From: Octopus sinensis
Taxonomy: Eukaryota
Assembly: GCF_006345805.1 (NCBI RefSeq)
Contig: NC_042997.1
Span: forward strand, 125,736,001 to 125,800,000
Direction: 5' to 3'
Length of the DNA: 64,000 bases
Shown: positions 40,781 through 53,211 of the stretch, piece after piece
Layout of the letters: each line of letters opens with the position of its first letter
Position numbering within the stretch: the stretch's first letter is position 1
Notes under the pieces: model-generated
The model's database searches: none
What the model was told of the DNA's origin: nothing
What the model saw: only the letters and a program-made list of their open reading frames with translations
Translations under genes and position numbers: made by a program

Positions 40781-41715
40781 CGTATAAGGGTGTACATACG
40801 TAATCGACTGAGCCATCCCTCAAGATGTTTGCCCTTGTTAGAATCCATTAATAAAGGAACAGTGGGACGGGAGAAGTGGAACACTGACGAACTGATTAAC
40901 AGTAAATAAACACTTCCTTTGCGTCCTGAGTTCCATTGTCGTTAGCTTTATAATTCATTTTTCTGGGTTTGATAAAATAAGTAGTTGTTTAGATGAATCC
41001 AGGTAAAAAGTCACAGGTAAAAAACGTCACAGGAAAAAAGGGGTTTTATCCGGGTGAAATGCTTAGCAGTATTTCGTCTGCCATTACGTTCTGAGTTCGA
41101 ATTCCGTCGAGGTTGACTTTGCCTTTCCTCCTTTCGGGGTCGATAAATTAAGTACCAGTTACGCACTGGGGTCGATGTAATCGACTTAATCCCTTTGTCT
41201 GTCTTTGTTTGTCCTCTCTGTGTTTAGCCCCTTGTGGGTAGTAAAGAAATAGGTATTTCGTCTGCCGCTACGTTCTGAGTTCAAATTCCGCCGAGGTCGA
41301 CTTTGCCTTTCATCCTTTCGGAGTCGATTAAATAAGTACCAGTTACGCACTGGGGTCGATATAATCGACTTAATCCGTTTGTCCATTCTGTGTTTATCCA
41401 CTTCTGGGTAGTAAAGAAATAGAAATAGGTATTTCGTCTGCTGTGACGTTCTGGGTTCAATTTCCGCCGAGGTCGACTCTGCCTTTTATCTTTTCGGAGT
41501 CGATAAAATAAGTACCAGTTGAGTATTGGGGTTGATGTGATCGACTATCTCCTCTCCAAAATTTCAGGCCTTGTGCCTATAGCAGAAAAGTTTATTACCG
41601 GTCACCGTTTATTAGATAAGCCCTGTTTGCAGTAACGTAGCTAAAGTGTGTTCCAACCGGAGTAACCAATGAGTTTACCGCTTCTTCCTTCCCCCAGGCC
41701 CCGAATCCTATACAG

Positions 41716-42010
41716 CAGTGGTTTTCAACCATCTTTTATCTATGCATCCCTTTGATTACTATTCTATTCTGGAGGACTCCCATCGCCATTCGACCTTTAA
41801 AACTAGTTTTATAGATATTTCTTTCGGAACTCGTGTTTTTGTTTTTCACACATTAACTTGTGTTGAACAACGTAAAACGTTAGAGGAGGAAACTGAGCTG
41901 TTTCCGGCAAAGAAACATTGTTTTCATGGACACTTAAAATAATAATGTGGATCCCCCAAAGTCTTATTTGGACTCCCTAGGGTCATATGGTCCCTGGTTG
42001 AGGACCACTG
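41716..42010. mobile_element. hAT MITE
   Basis: CAGTGGTTTTCAACC / GGTTGAGGACCACTG; TSD CTATACAG/CCATACAG. Confidence 0.8.
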
Positions 42011-42659
42011 CCATACAGGCTTATACAGCAGACCAAAACAGTGCTACTCTCGTAAAAGTCTCCCCGGGACGAACAGCTCTCCTTGGCCCCTCTAGCTACG
42101 CTACTGCCTGTTCGCGTAGATTTATGACAAAGGGCATTCCAGTTACAACCATTCAGGCTTTCTCTCGGCGTTGTCTATCTAAGACTACAATATTCAAGGT
42201 GTCCTACTATCTTTCGAAAACAGTAGGATGTAATATCAGAAAGATTTGCTGGTTGTTTCTAAAGGTTTGAACGAGCACACAGAGGTTCTTTCTAAAGGTT
42301 TGTATAAGTCCCAGTTCTTAGAATTGTTTTGTCCCAGGTCAGTTGTGACTGTCCCGTCTTCTTGTTTTTCAGATTCAATTTGTTTGGAGTCACGTTATCC
42401 AATATGCTCATCTTCAAATCCGTAAGGAGTGATTTGAAGATTTGGCTATTATGTCTAGCTGGTTGACTAATCACGTAGATGTTAGCTCCCTCGTTAGCTT
42501 GTATAAGTACCACTAACATTCTGTCACAGAATCGGTCGTGTATACCCTTTTCCTACCGTGAATTGGCGTTTAGTCAAAATGAGAAATCATTCTTTTGAGA
42601 AGTTTCACGCACATTTATTTACTTACTGGTTAAAAACGTACCTATTTTAAAATATAGTG

Positions 42660-43135
42660 GAAGCTAGCTACGTGACGTCAGTGGGAACTATGTTATAGCC
42701 GTCATAAATAGCATCTTACTCTAGTCTAGCTGCTTGCCAGAACAGAACCAAATAGGATTCTGCGAGGGCTTCTCATTAGTAGTGACTTGTTCAGATATAT
42801 ATATATTTATATTTATACCCACCCACAAGAATTTCGAATCGCATTTCGCCTGCTTCAGCTCTTCCTCACAAATGTTTGCAACTAATTAATTCATACATCA
42901 CCGACTTCTTCTACTCACCCCTCCCCATCCGAGTTAGCTTCGGTCTGGTTGGATTTTTAGGGTTTGTGACCATCTCTTGTGACTTTTAATGTAATAGTCT
43001 CTGCTAGATTTCACAAAATGATTACAGCCCGGATGAATGGATTCCCTTTTTACGTCGAATAATCGTCAACTTCTAGAAATATCTACGAACAGTATTCTTT
43101 CGAACTTAACTCAGAGCGAGAGAGATAAACGAACG

Positions 43136-43178
<43 letters not shown>

Positions 43179-43221
43179 ATAATATCAACAATAATAAAAG
43201 AACGAAGGAGGATCGCTAAAC
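42660..43221 (+). promoter_or_regulatory. Proximal upstream region/5' UTR of SQSTM1 with full CRE and partial HSE
   Basis: TGACGTCA 42673-42680; CATAAATA 42703-42710; TTCTAGAA 43071-43078 with imperfect third unit; elevated CpG relative to flanks. Confidence 0.4.
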
Positions 43222-43396
43222 ATGTCATTGACAATCAAGGCATATATCCTTTCAGGTCGATCTAAGACTGATTCCGTTGAGATACGAAGGTTCAATGTAT
43301 CGGACAATACTGTCAGGAACTACCACCAACTTGAGGATAAAGTATATGAAGTGTTTCCTAGTTTGAACCGAACTGGAATCAATTTACACTGGAAAG
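43222..43396 (+). CDS. SQSTM1: Sequestosome-1/p62 first coding exon (N-terminal part of PB1 domain); rest of gene not found in window
   Basis: Translates MSLTIKAYILSGRSKTDSVEIRRFNVSDNTVRNYHQLEDKVYEVFPSLNRTGINLHWK, matching the p62 PB1 pattern (LT[VI]KAY, EIRRF, V..[LV]FP.L, HY/W[RK]). Ends at AAAG|GTAAGT donor, phase 1, at the position where vertebrate SQSTM1 exon 1 ends as I recall it. The ORF-track extension into (CT)n is intronic read-through. Confidence 0.88.
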
Positions 43397-43430
43397 GTAA
43401 GTTGTTTTCACATCCCAGCTTTGCTACGGT

Positions 43431-43500
<70 letters not shown>

Positions 43501-45530
43501 CTCTCTCTCGCCCTCTCTCGCTCTCTTCCTAAACTTTGTTTCTACCCAAACAAAGTTTTAAACAAAAATTTAATTATAGGTTTTAGTCGTCCATAAAGAA
43601 TAATAGCTGTGTGTGCAGCGGCGGTGAGTTTGTCTGGAAGATATATTACATGTCTTTATTCAATCTCAGACAAGAATGAATGAAGAGAGACAGAAGGACA
43701 GGAAAAAGAAAGAAGATAAGCGGCGATTTAACTATTTGATTTGTGTTCCACATCCCAAGAGATGGACTTTTTGGAACGATCGAACGAACACATGAAGGTA
43801 ACCACGAGAGAAGAAGCGAACTAATTGTAAAGTTGATGTTTTGTTTACGTATGTGCAAGTGTGTGTGTTTATACGTTGGTATGATTGCGTATGCGTGAGA
43901 GAAAGAGAGAGAGAGTATGTGTATGTGTGAGAGAGAGAGATTTTGTTTTGTTTTTCTGTGGATTTGAATTAGTATGACTGTCGGAGAGAGGGTGCGTTAT
44001 TTTGACATACTGGTATGTGTGTTGTGTTGTGTTGTGTTGCGCAGTTTCCTCCTGTGCTGGGGTGTATGTAAATATCCTAGTACACATCTATGAGTGTGTG
44101 CTTGCGTGTGTGTGTGTGTGTGTAGATGTGATCGTGTCGGTGTTTGTTACCTGTATATAGTTATGTCTCTCTATGTGAACATGATTGTTTGTTATAGTTG
44201 GTGTTTCTGATTAAATGTGACGACTGTAACATCAAATAACGAACAGTGAAGCAGCGGTGGGGGGGGAAGAAAAGCAGAAACAAATGGAATCAAACAGAAC
44301 AGACATCTGTTTGGTTTATGTCATTATTGTTATTGCAGGAGACCTGTAATGGTTCCAGTAGAATTTCTAGCAAATCTGGGAAAGAGTTGGAAAATGTCTG
44401 TGTATTATGTGTGTGTGTGTGTGTGTGTGTGTGTATTGTGTGTGTGTGAGAGAGAGAAGGGGGAGAGAGAGAGAGAGAGAGAAAGAGAAACTGCCTGTAA
44501 GAGTTTAAACGAATTTTTACATAAATGTGTGAATACAGATATATATAGTGTATGTATATATGTATTTATACATACATATATATATGTATATATATATAGA
44601 GAGAGAGAGGGGGGGAAGAGAGACGTATACAGATATATGTACATAAAAATGTATGTATATATGTATGTATATATATATTTATATACATTTATTTATATTT
44701 ATTTATGCATGCGTATGCATATATATGTATGTGTAATGTATATGTGTGTGTATATATATAAATGTGTGTATATATGTGTGCATGTATGCACATATATACA
44801 CACACATGTATGTATGTATGTATGTATGTGTGTGTGTATGTATGTGGTATGTATGTATGTATGTATGTATGTGTGTTGTATGTATGTATGCGTGTAATAT
44901 AGAACTGTTCGATTTACAGGCGTAATATAAAAAAGATTCGGACTTTCAGTTTAGCTTCGTGTAAAAACTTTCAGCCTGGCAAAAACCTTCACTATCGTTT
45001 GTCGAAACTATTCTGTATAAGTATAGAGTGTCGAACAAAATGCTTTGCGGTGTTTGTTCCTGCTCTATACGTCCTGAGTTCAAATCCCGCTGCGGTCACC
45101 CTTACCTTTTACCCCTCAGAGGGTCGATAAAATAAAGGGCAATCGATCTTTCGGTAAAAATCGATGATGTTACGAGTAAATGTACAACATTGTTTTTCAT
45201 ATGTTCGACAAAGCAACTAACGTCATGTACTAAAACCGAAACATTACCAAATAAAGTACGAGTCTAGCACTGGGATCGGTTGTATCGGCTAAAATCTCCT
45301 TTTCGAAACTGTGAGCCCTTGTTCCTTAATCAGAAACCATTATTACGGATATAAAAAAAAATATTGCCATATGTACGCGTATATGCGTGATGGAGGTGGG
45401 GGATTTATGCTACTGTTGTATATAACCATTATTAAACATTAAACTGGAGGATTCCTCAAACTTATAGCAATCTTTAGGGCCTTAATCGAAAAGCTAAAGG
45501 TTGAGAACGTTGAAGTTATTTCCCTTATTT

Positions 45531-45571
<41 letters not shown>

Positions 45572-45572
<1 letters not shown>

Positions 45573-45738
45573 TTTATTTTAAGCAGCAGAAAATTCAACA
45601 AAATCTGTTACTCTGAGTTCTCGTTGCCGTTCATCAGACAGTTTTTGCTAGTTTTTTCTAGCAAAAACTGTCTGATGAACGGCAACGAGAAACTCAGAGT
45701 AACAGATTTTGTTGAATTTTCTGCTGCTTAAAATAAAG
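45572..45738. repeat. Near-perfect fold-back (80-bp arms) containing hammerhead motif
   Basis: Arms 45572-45651 and 45658-45738, loop TTTTTT; flanked by (TA)n. Confidence 0.9.
45668..45705 (+). ncRNA. Minimal type I hammerhead ribozyme motif (Penelope-associated type)
   Basis: CTGT | CTGATGA | A-CG-gcaa-CG-A | GAAA | CTC-a-GAG | TA | ACAG: helix I CTGT/ACAG (extendable AAAA/TTTT), intact core, GNRA-capped short helix II, near-palindromic helix III, GUA triplet. Confidence 0.6.
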
Positions 45739-46214
45739 CATATTACTCTACCACTGGTATTTGAGTACTCTTTTTTCCACCTTGTTTCACATTTATGTGT
45801 TTACTCCGGTATATATATATATATAGAGAGAGAGATTTTAAACACGTATGAAGTGAGTGCTTGTCTTCGAAAACATAATGTGTTTCAACTCATTATATTA
45901 TACATGTAAGACCCAATAATATATATATATATATATATCCGTTAATGAGATAAAAAAAAAAACCATAGGCTGTGAAGATTTTATATAACATTTATAAAAT
46001 AGAATGGTATTACAGCTGTTTCCAAGATATATTATTATCCATTCATCGGAGGACGGTAGAGGTAATGTGTGAGAGAGATGGTTTAGCAATAATTAATTTA
46101 GATAAGATATGAAATAGAGAGTGAAATGGGGGGGATGAAAATAGATGTGAGATATGGAGGGATATTGCATTTGTAGATCTATTATTTAGGCAGAATGGTA
46201 TACATATAAGATTC

Positions 46215-46608
46215 CAATACCTTGTGAGTAAATTGCAATAGTATTTAAAATTGGTCATTCCAAGTATAGAGTTTGTACACAGTGCTATTGAAAGTGACCT
46301 AAAAGTAGGGAATGTATTTGTTAGGTCAAATCGAAAACAGGAAGAGAGGAATAAAGAAAAGAGAAAAAAAGAGAAGAAAAAAAGAAGAAAAAAGAAAAAA
46401 CAGGAAGAGAGGAATAAAGTAAAGAAAGAAAAAAGTAAAAAAGAAAAACAAGGAGAGTGATAACAAAGAGATGAAGACAGGGAAAGTGTACCAGTTAGTG
46501 GTCAGTCAAGATAACTACTTTTAGGTCACTTTAAATAAAGCCCTTCAATGGCAATGTGTACAAACTCTATACTTGGAATGACCAATTTTAAATACTATTG
46601 GAATTTAT
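46215..46608. repeat. Inverted repeat (about 95-bp arms) around an AAG-rich spacer
   Basis: GTATTTAAAATTGGTCATTCCAAGTATAGAGTTTGTACAC at about 46231 versus its reverse complement at about 46554-46593. Confidence 0.75.
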
Positions 46609-48546
46609 TCACTCAGCTGGCAAAATGGATAATCTTACGACAGACTGGTATCCTGTTCAAGGGTGGGGAATATATTATACCCTACTCAATCCAGGAAACC
46701 GGCTTTATGGGCCTATGTCTCAGGAAGGCACTTTGATACGGTTTGTGATCGTTATACATATTCCACGTAAATACTGTCCCCTTTCTATACCTAAATTTGA
46801 TCTAAGTCAACTGTTTGTGAAAAAAACACTTCCCGATAAAATCTAATATTATTGAAACGTGGCCGTAGTTTCCACCAGCTGACCTTAAGAAAGGATCCAC
46901 TTCTTATTCCAGTGATTTTTTTTTTTATTAACTTAGCGTTAACCTGAGGAGGAAACTGCAAGCAGCAAGGGAGATAACTCATTTGTTTCTTTTACTGACT
47001 TTTGAACACACATGCACACATACATGCACACACACACACATGCACAGTTTTGTCTTCAAATTGCGAAGATGTCTTCAGTGAAATGATTTTCAACTTGATG
47101 CGTTTCCCTTGGGCAAGATATATATGATATATTATACATGTATGTATGTATGTACACGTATATAAGTCTTTATTCAGTTTATTTCAAGATTTCTTGCCAA
47201 TAGAGAAACCTAGATTCAAAGCTCCATTGGAATTTCAACATCAACAACAGGGTATTTTTGTTTTTATGTATGTATGTATGATGTATGTATGTATGTTGTA
47301 TGTCATTATTCAGTTTATTTCAAGATTTTTGCTTGTATGTACGTATATATGTATGTATGTGTATATGTATGTATGTATGTATGTATGTATGGATGTATGT
47401 ATGCTTGCATGTATGTATGTATGTGTGTGTGTGTGTATGCATGTATGTGTTCTGTGTGTGTATTAGTGTATGTATGTAGTTAGGAGAGGGAGTATGACAG
47501 GAACAAGAGAAAGGGAAGTGTGAGTGGGTGGGTATATTCATAAAAGGGATGTCAGAGCAGAAAAGTGATGAGGGTGGGTTGTATAGGGAGTGGGGTTATG
47601 GCCATCTTACATTTTAAGGCTGAGTGCAAAAGGAAGCTGGGAGGTAGGGAGCAACAGATTAGACAGGTAGAGAGAAATAAGCGAAGAAATCTGGGAGAGC
47701 CATTGAAGGAATGAGAGGTGAGGGGTCGTGGAATGGGCCAGAGGGTGAGAGGAAAAAGATGAGGTGTATTGAGGGGACAGAGGAGCTATAGGGAGAGAGA
47801 AAGGAGATAGAGGGTGGGGTGGGGTGGACTAGTTGTGGGTGAATGCAGTGAGGTATAGTAGAATGCTTGGAGGTGGAGTAGAAGTAAAGGGGAGAGCAGG
47901 GTGTGGGTATAGAGAAAGCATCCCAGATGATGAGCAGTGGAGGGAGGGCTGAGAGAGGGATAGGGGGAGTAGTGGGTGCAGCGGGGGAGGGGCGAGGTTC
48001 AGTGAGAGGATGAAATGCTAGAGGGCCCCTAGAGGTGTAAGGGTAGGTAGTGAGATAAAGACAATAGGAGGCATTGGGTGGCAGAAGAGGCACCTCCAGG
48101 AGGGAATGTGTTGTTGTTGTTGTTGCTGTTGTTGTTAGTACAGCAGGCCAGGTACAACAGATGAGATGGGGGTAAGGGAGGGGCTATCCCTACTGTAAAT
48201 TGTTGCTCAGAGTTATACTAGAAGACACTTGCTTAACCCATTCCTTATTTTGAGATGCTCTGTTTTTCTCTCAATTATTTTAATGGTTCTGGGTTCAGTC
48301 CCTATAGTCTTCTACTATAGCCTTGGGCTGACCAAAGCCTTGTGAGTGGATTTGGTAGACAGAAACTGAAAGAAGCATGTCGTATATATGTGTATATATA
48401 TAATATATATATATAAGTTTAACAATTAAGGATAATCTCTTAATAAGGGATCTTAACAAGAAATTATCGGGGTAGCTAGCGTGAAAAACCTCATAAAAGA
48501 AAAGAATTCGAAAATAATTTTTTCTTTTGAACAAATTAATATAATC

Positions 48547-48680
48547 TATATTGTATAGGGGCATTATTACACATAAATGCCTCACACTAGGAGGGACAAA
48601 GTCATTACTACATTGGTAGTAATGACTTGTCCCTCCTAGTGTGGGCATTTATGTGTAATAATGCCCTCTATACAATATAT
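48547..48680. repeat. Fold-back (about 65-bp arms)
   Basis: ...GTCATTACTAC-attg-GTAGTAATGAC...; TA-rich flanks. Confidence 0.85.
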
Positions 48681-49932
48681 ATATATATGTATATGTATAG
48701 TATGTATGTATGTATGTATGTATGTAGTATGTATGTATGGTGTGTGTATGTGTGTGTATAGAATAAGTACTAGGCTTACAAAGAATAAATCCTGGGGTCA
48801 TTTTGCTCGACTAAAGGCAGTGCTCCAGCATGGCCACAGCCAAATGACTGAAACAAGTAAAAGAGAGAGAGTATAACAAAGAATTTAGTAAAATAACTTA
48901 GTTATCATTAAGCTAGTTTTAGGAACATTAATTGTGACTAAGGTTTGGTGAAAGATTTTAATTCAAAACTTATGAAAATATGACATTTGTACTACAGAGC
49001 CAGAGTCAGTTTCAGCCAGGTTGGTAACAAAAGGGTTAAGATGCTGCGCAGTGAAACTGAACTCAAGACCATACACACATCACATGCACACATGTGCACA
49101 CACACACACGTGCACACACACACACACATATATACATACGTCATCTTCATTCCCATTTGAAGTTTGTCTTCATATATATGTGTTTATATATATATATAAC
49201 CCATGCTAGCATGGAAAACGGACGCTAAATGATGATGATGATGATGATATATATATATATATATGTATATGTATAACGGAAGTATTGTATGTATGTATGA
49301 GTGTGTGTGTGTAGTAGGTAGGCAGATAGGTAGGTAAGTAGGTAGGTAGTTTGATAGTTATCCACCCCCTTTAGGCAATTCAAATACAGAGAAAGCATAT
49401 ACACAAAATAACAGCTGTTGCTTTAGTAAACCCATAAGTTTTGTCTGTTCATCCATGCTGTGCTGGGTAAATACCACCAAAGGTAAATACAGAAGAACAA
49501 TCACTTTTTAACTCCACCCAAGTCCATCTGCACTATTCCAAAGAGAGACATTGAAAAACCCCAATGTGGTCGTCACTTGACCTGCTAGAAATAGAAGCTA
49601 AGTCTCCCTTAGATTGCTATTTTAATAAAAAGGACACATTGAATAATGTAGACCTAGAGACAAGATAGTTATGGCCAGAATAGCTTTGATCACGTGTGTG
49701 TCTGATCAAGGTTGACCTGGGGCTAAATAATATCAACTACTGTTGCCAGATGGGGATAACTCTATCTACTGGAAATATCAACCATGTCTCACTCAAATTA
49801 CACCCTCATTTTAGTAAAGGGTAGCAGCATTAAAAATTTCTTTGTTATCTGACTGCCAGAGATTTCAAGGATAGAATTAGTTACATGCCAGACCCTAACC
49901 CCTCCAAAAGAACATGCCACTGGAAAGTGTTG

Positions 49933-50526
49933 TGGTTCATGCTTCCCTTCTCTTAAGTGTTAAAACCCGAGTAGGTAAGATTTTCCTTAGCTTAATAGAC
50001 AAGTACTTCCCCTGTACAAATAGGTTCATTAAAATATTTAATAAGCACACCCTGAGAATTTCCTTTAGCTGTACAACCAATGTAAAAAAGATTTTAGTAG
50101 GTAGACCCATACCTGAGACACAGGCAGGATGTCCATGTAGGGGTAACTCAATGTGTCCACTGAATGCTCACTGTAATACAGAGGTTGTTGTATATGAGGC
50201 AGAAGCGACAGCAATAGGACCAAATTGGCAACCAAACATACAAAGTCCCCTTCAGAATCCACTATAACAACCACAAGTCCTCTAACATCCTGGAGAGATG
50301 TAATGCCACAACTTTGGCCAAGCACATATGGTCATTCAAAGAAAGCACTACCACATACAGAATAAAGTGGAGGATTTTAGAGTAATGTAAAGCATACTTC
50401 AAAAGCAGCAGGAAGCACAGATCATGCCTGACTGAGAAAAGAGTGATTTTAAAGGACTCCCAGCGCCCAGGCATCTACCTGAACAGCAGAAGTGAAATTT
50501 TTAGTCTTTGCCCATATAAAAGGTAG
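49933..50526 (+). mobile_element. Penelope-like element GIY-YIG endonuclease region, frameshifted
   Basis: VKTRVGKIFLSLIDKYFP..KIFNKHTLRISFSC; CPCRGNSMCPLNAHC; YNNHKSS..NATTLAKHIWSFK..YRIKWRIL..CLTEK..LNSRSEIFSLCPYKR. Confidence 0.85.
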
Positions 50527-51270
50527 TACAAACTACATAGCTGCATGTCCCATCATGACTATAATTGCCAGACCCCCAACTTCGGCCCTCCATCATTACC
50601 TGGGAGTCCAGCAAAAAGTTTGACTAACGCACCTACTAACAAACACACATGCTCCAACATGGTGGACACCTACCCAATAGCTTTTATCCACAACCTCCTT
50701 GCACACACAAAAGGCCCCACGAATTTAACCAATACATAAAAGAAAGAAAACACACTAATGAATACAGATATGTAACACCCCACCCACCCACCCATCCCTG
50801 ACAAAGGCTATTCATATAGCACCACTAAATGCATTCCATTCCCACAAGAATACCAACCTTAAAGATACACACATTTGCCAAAAACCTTTTTCCAGAAAAA
50901 TCCCACCAACTTGCAACAAAACCACTCCCAAAGATGATGCTTTTAATTCCAAGTGACATAGTTCTTAACTTAACCACTTTTCATTTCAACATTTTTTCAT
51001 TGCAACTACAAGCTGGATGTGTCTATTAAATCTCTGAAAATAGAGAGTAGCTGCTATATTTCATTTCATAATGGCTACCTCTGAAGAGTGCAGGGTTACA
51101 TAATTGAACTTTAACCTTACACTGCATTAGTGTGAAACTAATTGGAAAGATCAACCGTAATGGATATCTAATACTGTACACTTTGATTAATATACCCACC
51201 CTACTGACAGATATACGAGTGCATTTGTTCCTGACTTATGGACTCTTATACAGTTTGCACATATATATAC

Positions 51271-51420
51271 ACTAACAGCTAAGCCCGGTTTCACCCGGTC
51301 GGTTTGGATGATGTGGCTGTAAAACCTGCTCTGTGGAAGCATTTGACTTGTTTGGGCATGCTTTTGTTAAAAAACAATTTTAGAATGACTTTTTTCTGTC
51401 AAAATGCTAAAGATAACTGA
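51271..51420 (-). mobile_element. Possible Helitron 3' end
   Basis: Minus strand CCGGGTGAAACCGGG hairpin about 10 nt before TTAG|T. Confidence 0.4.
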
Positions 51421-51564
51421 CCAACAAAAAAAAAACAACCAAGAGCAGCCAAACCCAGCAAGCATTGCTGCTGACCATCTCTTCGAAGTGTTATTTACCT
51501 AAATTCAGTGGAATACATACACTGGTATTCCAAAATAGAAATAATATTTCTAAATCTCTCTAAA

Positions 51565-51605
51565 GGCTGTTGATAAGGGGCAAATACCCCGAAACTAGTC
51601 TGTAG
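51565..51605 (+). ncRNA. Degenerate minimal hammerhead motif
   Basis: TTGATAA | GGGG-caaata-CCCC | GAAA | CTAG | TC; helix II and palindromic helix III intact, core mutated, helix I not supported. Confidence 0.4.
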
Positions 51606-51778
51606 ATGCCAGACCAGCAAGGGGAAGTGGCTGACCTCCCCTGTTCGAAGGTTATAATGGACACAGGTTCGTGTGTCACATAGCTAGCTAGAGGCGATAG
51701 CGTCTTGGAGCTAATCAACGGCAGCATCCGCCCTATTTTCCTGGAATGCCATGTTAGCTTGGCAATAACTATTAACAT

Positions 51779-51822
<44 letters not shown>

Positions 51823-51834
<12 letters not shown>

Positions 51835-52254
51835 AAACAAGTCAAAATAGAAAATGCTAAAATAATTTTATAAAGAACATTTCAGTACCGGTTTCGGTCA
51901 TTTTGAGACCTTTTCAACTGTAACGATTAAATAATTAAATTAGAAAAATTAGAAGAAAAGTTTTTTTAAAGGAATATTTCTATAGTAGTGTTCAGATATA
52001 AGTAGCATTCTGCCTTTCTCTGACTCCCTTGTTTGCACTGGTGCAAACAAGGGAGTCAGAGAAAGGCAGAATGCCACTTATATCTGAACACTATACAAAT
52101 ATTCCTTTAAAAAAACTTTTCTTCTAATTTTTCTAAATTTAATTATTTAATCGTTACAGTTGAAAAGGTCTCAAAATGACCGAAACCGGTACTGAAATGT
52201 TCTTTATAAAATTATTTTAGCATTTTCTATTTTGACTTGTTTTTTTATATATAT
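51823..52254. repeat. Near-perfect fold-back (about 210-bp arms) containing degenerate hammerhead motif
   Basis: Centre GTTTGCAC-tg-GTGCAAAC at 52031-52048; arms run out into (TA)n on both sides. Confidence 0.9.
52154..52197 (+). ncRNA. Degenerate minimal hammerhead motif
   Basis: TTACAG | TTGAAAA | GGTC-tcaaaat-GACC | GAAA | CCGG | TA | CTGAAA; core carries two substitutions relative to CUGANGA. Confidence 0.45.
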
Positions 52255-52800
52255 CAACTCGTGTGTCCCTTTTCACCCTTATACATATATATATATATAT
52301 TTATATACCGGAGTAAACACATAAATGTGAAACAATGTGAATTTCTGCTGCTTTTAAATAAAGTATATATATATATATATATATATAAATATACAACATG
52401 CTTCTCTCAGTTTCCATCTACCAAATCCACTCACAAGACTTTGGTCAGCCTGTGGCTATAGTAGAAGACACTTGCCCATGGTGCCATGCAATGAGCCCAA
52501 AACCATGTGGCTGAGAAGCAAACTTCTTACCACACAGCCACACCTATTGTATAATAATTATTTCAACTATAGATACAAGGCCTGAAACTTTTGGTAGGAG
52601 TGAGGCTAGTCAATTACACTGACCCCCAGTTCTTAACTGGTATTTAATTTATCATTTGCGAAATGATGCAAAACAAAGTCAATCTCAGCAGAATTGGAAC
52701 TAAGACCATAGAGACAGATGAAACACCTCAAAGCATTTTGTCTGGTGTGCTAACAATTCTGCCAGCTCACTGCCTTAATCTTATTGTATAATATTACCAA

Positions 52801-52955
52801 CAGGAGTGTAGCTAAGGTGAGGCAAGCAGGGCACATGCCCTGAGTGCTACTTTGAGGTGGGGCACAATTTTGGCCAAGATCAACACTTTTTGGCTGGAGG
52901 GGGGGTGCAATTTTGACACTTGCCCTGGGTGCCGTTTACCCTGGCTATGCCCCTG
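52801..52955. mobile_element. hAT MITE
   Basis: CAGGAGTGTAGC / GCTATGCCCCTG; TSD ATTACCAA/ATTACCAG. Confidence 0.7.
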
Positions 52956-53171
52956 ATTACCAGTCTAATTTTCTTCAATTCACACCCAAGTGTTTTTGAA
53001 AAAAGAGCACATTTGGCAATGTAATCCAAGACTTATTACGGCTGTGTGATTAAGAAGTTTGTTTCCCAACTATACTGTCTTGGGTTCTATAGTCCAAGGC
53101 CAATCAAAGCCTTGTGAGTGGATTTGGTAGAAAGAAACTTACAGAAGCCTATCATGTGTGTGTGTATGTGT

Positions 53172-53211
<40 letters not shown>

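Noticed and set aside
40885-40915. CTGACGA followed by ACTG/CAGT stem
   Set aside because: No GAAA after the stem and no helix III or cleavage triplet.
42292-42519. Minus-strand ORF as divergent gene next to p62
   Set aside because: No recognisable domain or splice structure; adjacent to hAT remnants.
43397-43596. C-terminal extension of the p62 ORF (GKLFSHPSF...LSLSLS)
   Set aside because: Read-through past a consensus GTAAGT donor into an intronic (CT)n tract.
44339-44400. Strong acceptor (ttattgcag) as candidate p62 exon 2
   Set aside because: In the required phase it reads G-D-L-stop, not the acidic DEDGD-type OPCA motif; no clear donor.
47189-47251. Possible exon DFLPIEKPRFKAPLEFQHQQQ in the right phase
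   Set aside because: No similarity to the PB1 C-terminal half; acceptor context is duplicated nearby within repetitive DNA.
47520-48110. Purine-rich tract / Pro-rich minus ORF, possibly decayed Penelope
   Set aside because: Only faint resemblance (AFHPL, PTT..LPPL); low complexity could explain it.
51081-51150. CTGAAGA ... GAAA hammerhead-like segment downstream of the Penelope fragment
   Set aside because: Six unpaired nt between helix II and GAAA, no valid helix III/I.
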